From an uncultured Bacteroidota bacterium (GTDB taxonomy: Bacteria; Bacteroidota; Bacteroidia; AKYH767-A; OLB10): a stretch of DNA of 64,000 nucleotides. Under the pieces are notes generated by a model. The model was not told the origin of the DNA and searched no databases. It saw nothing but the letters and a program-made list of their open reading frames with translations. How positions within the stretch are numbered: the stretch's first letter is position 1; each line of letters opens with the position of its first letter. Below, in pieces: positions 1 through 7,927 of the stretch. The translations under genes were made by a program, and so were the position numbers. The DNA is taken from NCBI GenBank assembly GCA_903847585.1, contig CAINEC010000172.1, forward strand, positions 2,717 through 66,716. Reading direction: 5' to 3'.

Positions 1-429
1 AAGCAACCAGGTACTTATAAAGTAGTTACTAAGAATTTAACAACGGGTTGTTCTCGTATCAGCGGTAGCGCAATAACTACTTCTGTAAATTGTCGTATAG
101 CCGGTGACGTTACCTCTGGTGCTACTTCAGAAGAAAACACCAACAACGTAGCTCGTTTAATTGATAATGAACTTTCGCATGGTGTGCATATTTATCCGAA
201 TCCTAATAACGGTTCGTTTAACTTTACTTATGACGGCGAAGAAACAGGAGATGGTATTTTACAAATCATCAATACCATGGGTCAATCAATTTATTCTTCT
301 GCGGTATCTATCCAAGAAGGTAGTTACACACAAGAAATTAACTTAGGTGATAATTACACGAAAGGATTTTATATTGTGCGTTTATTGATCAATGGTGGGT
401 ATCATGATAGTAGGGTGATGGTTAGATAA
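1..429 (+). CDS. 3' part of a secreted protein ending in a T9SS type-A C-terminal sorting domain (5' end lies outside the window)
   Basis: Frame 1 is open from base 1 to the stop at 427-429. The tail 'IYPNPNNGSFNFTY...GFYIVRLLINGGYHDSRVMV' matches the Por/T9SS CTD pattern. Confidence 0.75.
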   Translation, partial: KQPGTYKVVTKNLTTGCSRISGSAITTSVNCRIAGDVTSGATSEENTNNVARLIDNELSHGVHIYPNPNNGSFNFTYDGEETGDGILQIINTMGQSIYSSAVSIQEGSYTQEINLGDNYTKGFYIVRLLINGGYHDSRVMVR

Positions 430-434
430 TTTAA

Positions 435-507
435 GACCTCCCTAAATCCCTCCGAAGGAGGGACTTCATTAATTACTCCTCTCCTTTGGAGAGGTAGGGA
501 GAGGTTT
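435..507. repeat. REP-like double-hairpin intergenic element, copy 1
   Basis: Two GA/CT-rich hairpins (tccctcc-gaa-ggaggga and cctctcc-ttt-ggagagg). The reverse complement recurs at 45995-46080. It starts 5 nt after a stop codon. Confidence 0.6.
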
Positions 508-530
508 AAAATTGATGGTGAACTATACAA

Positions 531-562
531 CAATAGGCATGGGATTAAACCCGTGCCTATTG
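531..562 (+). terminator. Strong 13-bp hairpin downstream of the first CDS, possible terminator
   Basis: caataggcatggg / cccgtgcctattg with a 6-nt loop. T-rich sequence follows, but the long T-run starts about 12 nt later. Confidence 0.45.
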
Positions 563-609
563 TATTTACAAGGTGTTTTTTTCAGTATTTTCGTAAAAAT
601 CATTTTTGA

Positions 610-2085
610 ATGAAAAAAAATTCAGCAACCAAAGAAATAAAATTCGATACGAAGTGGACCTATGCACCAGCGCCTGAATCCGCTGATCATATTCAGTTGA
701 AGGATCGATACGATTTGTTCATCAACGGGAAATTTACTGCACCCGCTTCTAAAAAATATTTTGATACGATCAATCCTGCGACAGAAAAACGAATTGCGTC
801 TGTTGCAGAAGCAAATGCTACCGATGTAGATAAAGCAGTTACCGCTGCTAAAAATGCACAATCAAAAGTATGGTCGAAGTTAGCACCTGCTGAAAGAGGA
901 AAGTATATTTATCGCATCGCACGTATCCTGCAGGAGAAAGCGCGTGAGCTCGCAATCATTGAAACCATCAATGGTGGTAAACCTATTCGTGAAAGCCGTG
1001 ATATTGATATCCCATTAGCTGCTGCGCATTTTTTCTATTATGCTGGTTGGGCAGATAAATTAGATTATGCTTTTCCTGGAATGAAGACATCACCTGTTGG
1101 TGTTGCAGGACAAATTATTCCTTGGAACTTTCCTTTGTTAATGGCTGCATGGAAAATTGCTCCTGCGCTTGCTGCTGGAAATACAGTTGTATTAAAACCT
1201 GCTGAAACAACTCCACTTACTGCATTAAAGTTAGCAGAGATCATACAAGAAGCAGATCTGCCTCCTGGTGTAGTAAACATCATCACGGGTGCTGGTGCAA
1301 CAGGCGCTGCTATTGTGAATCATCCGAGCATTAATAAAATTGCATTCACAGGTTCAACAGATGTTGGAAAGATTATTCAAAAATCGTTAGCTGGTAGTGA
1401 TAAGAAATATACGCTTGAATTAGGAGGTAAAGCAGCGAATATCATTTTTGAAGATGCTGCTATCAATCAAGCAGTAGAAGGAATCATCAACGGAATATTT
1501 TTTAATCAAGGTCATGTATGTTGCGCAGGTTCACGTTTGTTTGTGCAAGAAGGAATCGCGAATGAAGTCATTAAAAAATTAAAGCAACGCATCGAGACAT
1601 TAATCGTTGGTGATCCGTTAGATAAGAATACTGATATCGGTGCTATCAATTCAAAAGCGCAGTTATCAAAAATTAAATCGTTAGTACAAACAGGAATTAA
1701 AGAAGGTGGTGAATGTTGGCAAAGTGAATGCGCTGTTCCATCTAAAGGATTTTGGTTTAAGCCTACCCTATTCACGAATGTGGCGCAATCGAGTACAATT
1801 GTGCAAGAAGAAATCTTCGGACCTGTTTTAGCGATTCAAACATTCAGAACAGCAGAAGAAGTGATTGAGAAAGCAAACAATACACCTTATGGTTTATCAG
1901 GGGGTGTATGGACAGACAAAGGCGCGAAAGCATTTAAGATTTCATCGAAGTTGAATGCGGGCGTTGTATGGGCAAATACGTATAACAAGTTTGATCCTAC
2001 AAGTCCGTTTGGAGGTTATAAAGAAAGTGGAGTTGGACGAGAAGGAGGATTACATGGTTTAATGCCTTACGTTAATTTATTTTAA
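610..2085 (+). CDS. NAD(P)-dependent aldehyde dehydrogenase, full length
   Basis: 491 aa with ALDH hallmarks: 'IIPWNFPL', 'ELGGKAANIIF', catalytic 'GHVCCAGSR' and 'EEIFGPV'. Confidence 0.9.
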   Translation: MKKNSATKEIKFDTKWTYAPAPESADHIQLKDRYDLFINGKFTAPASKKYFDTINPATEKRIASVAEANATDVDKAVTAAKNAQSKVWSKLAPAERGKYIYRIARILQEKARELAIIETINGGKPIRESRDIDIPLAAAHFFYYAGWADKLDYAFPGMKTSPVGVAGQIIPWNFPLLMAAWKIAPALAAGNTVVLKPAETTPLTALKLAEIIQEADLPPGVVNIITGAGATGAAIVNHPSINKIAFTGSTDVGKIIQKSLAGSDKKYTLELGGKAANIIFEDAAINQAVEGIINGIFFNQGHVCCAGSRLFVQEGIANEVIKKLKQRIETLIVGDPLDKNTDIGAINSKAQLSKIKSLVQTGIKEGGECWQSECAVPSKGFWFKPTLFTNVAQSSTIVQEEIFGPVLAIQTFRTAEEVIEKANNTPYGLSGGVWTDKGAKAFKISSKLNAGVVWANTYNKFDPTSPFGGYKESGVGREGGLHGLMPYVNLF

Positions 2086-2096
2086 TTTTTGAGATT

Positions 2097-2960
2097 ATGG
2101 CAACTACAAAAACTACATCTCGCATTGATGTAAAGAAAACATACAAAATGTATATCGATGGTAAATTCCCAAGAACTGAGTCGGGGAGATTTTATGTATT
2201 GAAAGATAAAGCAGGAAATACCATTGCGAATGTTTGTCGTGGTTCACGCAAAGATTTACGCGATGCTGTTGTTTCGAACAGAAAAGCACAAGGCGACTGG
2301 AATAAGCGTTCTGCGTATAACAAAGCACAAATTATTTATCGTATAGCCGAAACGTTAGAAGGAAGAAAAGCACAGTTTGTAGAGACGATGTGCAAGGAGG
2401 GATATACTGCTGCAACAGCGAAGAAAGAAGTAGAAGCTGCGATTGATTTATTAGTTTATTACGCAGGATGGAGCGATAAATACATTCAGGTATTCAGCGC
2501 TGTTAATCCAGTGGAAAGTTCACACTTTAATTTTTCTTATCCGGAGCCTTCTGGAATTGCGAATATTATTTGTCCGGATAAAGAAGCCTTACTTGGAATT
2601 ATTAGTCATGCAGTGCCTATGATTGTAGGCGGTAATACGTGCACGTTAGTAGTATCAGAAAATTATCCGTTAACAGCCATTGAGTTTGCAGAAGTTATTC
2701 ATGCATCTGACTTGCCAGGCGGTGTAATTAATTTGATTACTGGTTATCGTAAGGAGTTAGTGTCGCATGCTGCATCGCATATGGATGTGAATGCAATTAT
2801 TTTTTCAGATGTGAGTGCAGAACATAAGAAAACAATTCAAACGAATGCTGCCTTAAATGTGAAGCGTGTGATTGATTATTCGAAAGACAAATTAGAATCG
2901 CCTTATCGTATTTTAGCAGGACAAGAAATTAAAACTACTTGGCATCCGATTGGAATTTAA
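2097..2960 (+). CDS. Aldehyde-dehydrogenase-like protein lacking the catalytic domain (mini-ALDH)
   Basis: 287 aa, starting 11 nt after the upstream ALDH. It aligns to the ALDH N-terminal and NAD-binding part ('YYAGWSDK', 'VVSENYPLTAIEFAEVIHASDLPGGVINLITG'). 'FTGST' is replaced by 'FSDVS', 'ELGGK' by 'DYSKDK', and there is no catalytic Cys segment. Confidence 0.7.
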   Translation: MATTKTTSRIDVKKTYKMYIDGKFPRTESGRFYVLKDKAGNTIANVCRGSRKDLRDAVVSNRKAQGDWNKRSAYNKAQIIYRIAETLEGRKAQFVETMCKEGYTAATAKKEVEAAIDLLVYYAGWSDKYIQVFSAVNPVESSHFNFSYPEPSGIANIICPDKEALLGIISHAVPMIVGGNTCTLVVSENYPLTAIEFAEVIHASDLPGGVINLITGYRKELVSHAASHMDVNAIIFSDVSAEHKKTIQTNAALNVKRVIDYSKDKLESPYRILAGQEIKTTWHPIGI

Positions 2961-2970
2961 CAAGCGTAGT

Positions 2971-4872
2971 TTAATACGCCCTTTCGTTGCTTCCTTCTAC
3001 GAAGTACGTAAAGGCTTTACAAACCACTCTGTTTCCTCCTGGTGTTGGATAATCACCACTGAAGTACCAGTCGCCAGAATTATACGGAGTTGCAATATGT
3101 AAATTCTCTATCGTTTGGAAAATGATTTCCACTTCTGCCTTGCAATCTTTCGGAGTAAGGATTTGTGATATACGTTTTGATACTTGCTCGTAGGTGAATG
3201 GCGCAAATATTTTCTTAACCACGTTTTCCTTCGGATGTTCTTCTTTCTTCAAAAGCTCTTTACACTCCGCGTATACTTCGTCGATGATATGCTCTAAATT
3301 ATTTTCTTCTAATAATTCGATAGCAGCTTTGAACGCGATTAAATCACCAATCTTCGCCATATCGATTCCGTAGCAATCAGGATAACGGATCTGTGGTGCC
3401 GAAGAAACAATTACAATCTTTTTCGGATTCAATCGATCGAGCATACGAATAATACTATTGCGTAAAGTTGTACCACGCACAATCGAATCATCAATCACCA
3501 CAAGATTATCTACTCCCTCTTTTAAAGTTCCATACGTGATATCATATACGTGAGCAACCATATCCGTACGATCAGTATCATTAGTAATGAACGTACGAAG
3601 CTTTGCATCTTTGATAGCAATCTTTTCTGCTCTCGGACGAATACTTAAAATCTCTTCTAGTTTTTCTTCATCCGGATTAGGACCTAAGGCAAGAATTTTT
3701 CTCTTCTTAACATCCTTCAGATAGGCTTCCATACCACTTATCATTCCGTAGAAAGCAACCTCCGCAGTATTTGGGATATAGGATAAAACAGTATTTTTTA
3801 AATCTTTATCAATCGCTTCCAAAACTGCAGGACATAATAATTTACCAAGCTCTTTACGTTCTTCGTAAATATCGGCATCACTTCCGCGAGAAAAATAAAT
3901 ACGTTCAAACGAACACGATTTTCTTTCGGTTGGTTCTTTAATTTGTTCTTCACTAACGGTACCGTCTTTACGAACAATAAGTGCATGACCTGGCTTTATT
4001 TCACGCACTGCACTTTTAGGAACATTAAACGCTGTTTGAATTTGAGGACGTTCAGAAGTAACTACTACCACTTCTTCATCGGCATAATAATGGGCAGGAC
4101 GAATACCAGCAGGATCACGCAATACAAATGCATCTCCATGTCCGAATAAACCAGCCATCACATAACCACCATCCCAATTAGTAGAGGATGTTTTAAGAAT
4201 AGAAGCAATATCGATATGTTGTGCGATTAGCGGACTAATCTCTTGCTTAGAAAAACCTTTTTCTTTGAATTGATAATACAGTTGATCGTTGGCTTCATCC
4301 AGACTTTGTCCGATGTTTTCCATTACGGTTATTGTATCTGATTTTTCGCGAGGATGTTGACCAATTTTAACGAGGTTGTTATACAGCTCCTCCACATTGG
4401 TCATGTTAAAATTACCTGCTACAACAAGACTACGTGTCATCCAATTATTTTCACGAATAAAAGGGTGACAATTTGCAATCGTATTTCCTCCGAAGGTTCC
4501 ATAGCGAAGATGACCTAACATGATTTCGCCAAGGAATTCTACATTTTGCTTTAGCCAATTTGCATCCGTTAATTTCTCAGGACTACTAGCATTCAGCTTC
4601 TCGAGTGGTGCATTGATATGCGAAAAAATACGAGGGATGGCATTTTTATCGACTGAACGATAACGACTAATATACGGCTTACCTGGATCAGGGTTGAGCT
4701 TAATGGTAGCTACTCCTGCTCCATCCTGACCTCTGTTATGTTGTTTCTCCATAAGAAGGTACAACTTATTAAGGCCGTAAGTGGCAGTTCCATATTTCTG
4801 GATGTAAAAATCTAGGGGTTTTAAAAGTCGGATAAATGCTATTCCGCACTCGTGATGAAGAGAATCGCTCAT
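2971..4872 (-). CDS. purF: Amidophosphoribosyltransferase (long Bacteroidota-type)
   Basis: 633 aa. It has an N-terminal Ntn-type 'HHECGIAF' glutamine amidotransferase start and the PRTase motif 'VVIDDSIVRGTT'. Confidence 0.9.
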   Translation of the reverse strand: MSDSLHHECGIAFIRLLKPLDFYIQKYGTATYGLNKLYLLMEKQHNRGQDGAGVATIKLNPDPGKPYISRYRSVDKNAIPRIFSHINAPLEKLNASSPEKLTDANWLKQNVEFLGEIMLGHLRYGTFGGNTIANCHPFIRENNWMTRSLVVAGNFNMTNVEELYNNLVKIGQHPREKSDTITVMENIGQSLDEANDQLYYQFKEKGFSKQEISPLIAQHIDIASILKTSSTNWDGGYVMAGLFGHGDAFVLRDPAGIRPAHYYADEEVVVVTSERPQIQTAFNVPKSAVREIKPGHALIVRKDGTVSEEQIKEPTERKSCSFERIYFSRGSDADIYEERKELGKLLCPAVLEAIDKDLKNTVLSYIPNTAEVAFYGMISGMEAYLKDVKKRKILALGPNPDEEKLEEILSIRPRAEKIAIKDAKLRTFITNDTDRTDMVAHVYDITYGTLKEGVDNLVVIDDSIVRGTTLRNSIIRMLDRLNPKKIVIVSSAPQIRYPDCYGIDMAKIGDLIAFKAAIELLEENNLEHIIDEVYAECKELLKKEEHPKENVVKKIFAPFTYEQVSKRISQILTPKDCKAEVEIIFQTIENLHIATPYNSGDWYFSGDYPTPGGNRVVCKAFTYFVEGSNERAY

Positions 4873-4960
4873 GGCTGTTTTCTAAGGAACAAACTTACAA
4901 CAATGCCTTCGGATTACAATAGAATTATTAAAAATCTTGATGCAAATTCAAAACAAAAAT

Positions 4961-5968
4961 TTAAATAAAGAATTGTTTATTCATACCCAACCATTCAAGA
5001 GCGGTTCCATTCAGGAGTCGCTCTTTTATATTATCCTCATACGGCATCGACTCAATTAATTTTCCTGGTTCTAATTCACCTAACGGGAATGGATAATCTG
5101 TTCCTAATGCTAATTGATTTGGTCCCATTAAATTTAAAAGGTAATCGAGTTTTAATGGATCATGTACAAGTGTATCAAGATAAATTCGGTTGAGGTACTC
5201 TCTCGGATTCACTTCATTATGCACTGCTACTAAATCGGGGCGAACATTAAATCCGTGCTCTATACGACCAATAGTGGCAGGGAATGATCCTCCACCGTGA
5301 GCAAAAGCGACTTTTAAATTTGGTAATCGTTCGAAGACTCCACCAAATATCATAGAGCAAATAGCGAGTGAAGATTCTGCTGGCATTCCTACTAACCACG
5401 GCAACCAATATTCGGTCATCTTTTCTTTCGCCATCATATCCCATGGATGAACGAAAATTGCCGCATTCATTTCTTGTGCCGCTTGAAAAAACGGAAACAA
5501 TTCAGGAGCATTTAAATTCCACTCATTCACATGCGAACCAATCTGAACACCTTTCAAACCGATTTTCATGCATCGCTCTAATTCTTTAATCGCTAACTCC
5601 GGATGTTGAAGAGGAACAGTTCCTAATCCTACAAAACGCTTAGGATAACGGTGAACGATATCCGCTAAGTGATCATTCAGAAACATACTCAAATCGAGAA
5701 CATCCATTGGCTTTGCCCAGTAACTAAACATCACAGGAATAGTACTCAACACCTGCACATCTATATGATGATGATTACATTCTTGAATTCGTTTATCTGG
5801 GTCCCAGCAATTATCTTGAATCTCGCGAAAGAACTTATCATCCATCATCATGCGCGCACAACAAGGCTTATGATGATCTAAATTGATGAATCCTCCATAG
5901 CCATACTTTTCTTTAAAATTGGGAAGATGCTCCGGAATAATATGCGTATGAATATCGATTTTTAACAT
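4961..5968 (-). CDS. 2-amino-3-carboxymuconate-6-semialdehyde decarboxylase (ACMSD, amidohydrolase fold)
   Basis: 335 aa that aligns along its whole length with animal ACMSD as I recall it: 'KIDIHTHI', 'NCWDP', 'VPMFSYWAKP', 'YWLPWLVGMPAE', 'AHGGGSFP', 'GTDYPFPLGELEPGKLIE'. Confidence 0.85.
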   Translation of the reverse strand: MLKIDIHTHIIPEHLPNFKEKYGYGGFINLDHHKPCCARMMMDDKFFREIQDNCWDPDKRIQECNHHHIDVQVLSTIPVMFSYWAKPMDVLDLSMFLNDHLADIVHRYPKRFVGLGTVPLQHPELAIKELERCMKIGLKGVQIGSHVNEWNLNAPELFPFFQAAQEMNAAIFVHPWDMMAKEKMTEYWLPWLVGMPAESSLAICSMIFGGVFERLPNLKVAFAHGGGSFPATIGRIEHGFNVRPDLVAVHNEVNPREYLNRIYLDTLVHDPLKLDYLLNLMGPNQLALGTDYPFPLGELEPGKLIESMPYEDNIKERLLNGTALEWLGMNKQFFI

Positions 5969-6069
5969 CAGATAAGAAGAGATTTAGATAGTGTATTTCA
6001 GTTGCACGAAGTTAATCATTTAAAGAAATTTTTAAAATCAGCAGTCATCACATTTGCAAAACTTTTCAA

Positions 6070-6100
6070 AATAAAAAAGGCCCATCCGAAGATGAGCCTT
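6070..6100 (-). terminator. Rho-independent terminator after the ALDH7-type gene
   Basis: On the minus strand: aaggctcatc-ttcg-gatgggcctt followed by ttttttatttt. Confidence 0.5.
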
Positions 6101-6118
6101 TCTAATAATTTATTTTTA

Positions 6119-7681
6119 TTAAATATCAAACTTGATTCCTTGTGCTAAAGGTAAAGCCGTTGAATAATTAATTGTATTTGTCTGGCGACGCATATAAATT
6201 TTCCATGAATCAGAACCCGACTCACGTCCACCACCTGTTTCTTTTTCTCCTCCAAAAGCACCACCAATTTCAGCACCTGATGTTCCGATGTTTACATTCG
6301 CAATTCCGCAATCAGAACCTTCGTGTGACAAGAATGCTTCAGCTTCTAACATATCACGTGTGAACACAGAAGAAGATAATCCCTGAGGAACATTATTGTT
6401 TAATGCAATAGCTTCTTCGATTGTTGAATACTTCATGATGTAAAGAATTGGAGCAAATGTTTCTTCCTGAACAATATGATAATGATTCTCTGCTTCAATC
6501 ACGCAAGGCACAACATAACATCCACTTTCGTATCCCGCACCTGAAAGCACTTCTCCTCCTGTAATTACATTTCCACCTTCTTTCTTTGCGGCTTCAATTG
6601 CATTCACGAAGTCTGTTACTGCACCTTTATCGATAAGTGGACCCACCAATGTTTTAGCATCTAACGGGTGGCCTATACGAATTTGCTTATAGGCATTTAC
6701 TAATTGTGCTTTGAACGTATCATAGATTGATTCGTGAATAATCAAACGACGAGTAGAAGTACAACGTTGTCCGGCAGTACCTACTGAACCAAACAATACT
6801 GCTGTCATTGCCATTTTCAAATCTGCTTTTTCAGAAAGGATAATAGCATTGTTACCTCCTAACTCTAATAACGAACGACCTAAACGCTCTCCAACAATCT
6901 TACCTACACGCTTACCTACGCGCGTACTTCCTGTTGCAGAGATTAACGGAACACGTTTATCTGCTAAGAAATTATCACCAACATATTTAGATCCTCCTGC
7001 TACAAGGTTTAATACACCTTCAGGAACTTCATTTTCTTTTAAAACATCAGCAATGATATTATGAACTGCGATAGCGCATAACATTGTTTTAGAACTTGGC
7101 TTCCAAACTACAGTATCACCACAAACCATTGCTAACATTGCATTCCAGCTCCATACAGCAACCGGGAAATTAAATGCAGAGATTACACCTACAATTCCTA
7201 GTGGATGATATTGCTCGTACATACGGTGACGAGGACGCTCGCTATGCATTGTTAAACCATAAAGCTGACGAGAAAGACCAACTGCAAAATCGCAGATATC
7301 AATCATCTCTTGAACCTCTCCTAAACCTTCCTGATAAATTTTTCCCATCTCGTAAGAAACCAATTTACCTAATGGCTCTTTATACTGACGAAGACGATCA
7401 CCAATCTGACGAACTACTTCACCGCGCTTTGGCGCTGGCACCATTCTCCACTTTTCAAATGCTGCTTGGGCAGTAGCAATTACTGTTTCATAATTATCTG
7501 CAGTTGCCTGATTTACCTTTCCAATCAAGGCTCCATCCGAAGAAGAGTAAGACTCGATAACTTCACCTGTTGTATTAAACCACTGAGTACCAGTACACGC
7601 ACCATGATTAACGTCTTTAATACCCAATTGTTGAAGCATTTCCTGAATGCCAAAATCGTTTGCTGTTTGAGAAGAGCTCAT
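6119..7681 (-). CDS. ALDH7-family dehydrogenase (alpha-aminoadipic semialdehyde / piperideine-6-carboxylate dehydrogenase type)
   Basis: 520 aa with long colinear similarity to ALDH7A1: '[14 protein letters not shown]', 'ELGGNNAII', '[13 protein letters not shown]', '[40 protein letters not shown]', 'LPLAQGIKF'. Confidence 0.85.
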   Translation of the reverse strand: MSSSQTANDFGIQEMLQQLGIKDVNHGACTGTQWFNTTGEVIESYSSSDGALIGKVNQATADNYETVIATAQAAFEKWRMVPAPKRGEVVRQIGDRLRQYKEPLGKLVSYEMGKIYQEGLGEVQEMIDICDFAVGLSRQLYGLTMHSERPRHRMYEQYHPLGIVGVISAFNFPVAVWSWNAMLAMVCGDTVVWKPSSKTMLCAIAVHNIIADVLKENEVPEGVLNLVAGGSKYVGDNFLADKRVPLISATGSTRVGKRVGKIVGERLGRSLLELGGNNAIILSEKADLKMAMTAVLFGSVGTAGQRCTSTRRLIIHESIYDTFKAQLVNAYKQIRIGHPLDAKTLVGPLIDKGAVTDFVNAIEAAKKEGGNVITGGEVLSGAGYESGCYVVPCVIEAENHYHIVQEETFAPILYIMKYSTIEEAIALNNNVPQGLSSSVFTRDMLEAEAFLSHEGSDCGIANVNIGTSGAEIGGAFGGEKETGGGRESGSDSWKIYMRRQTNTINYSTALPLAQGIKFDI

Positions 7682-7927
7682 ATTCTTTTTTAATATTTGC
7701 GCAAAGGTACAAAACCGAATTGTTATTACGATTATACATTGATAGAAGTAGGTATTTTACCTAGTCAAACCCTGATTTTAACTGTTCAGTATTAATCATT
7801 GACTGGTATTGATATTTTTCCGAATTTTATACTCCCAAAACTCAATTATTTACCTTTAAAAGTTGATGGTGTTTGTTGACTTAAAAACAATCACTTTTTC
7901 TGACTTTTTTAAACCTCTTAATAAAAT

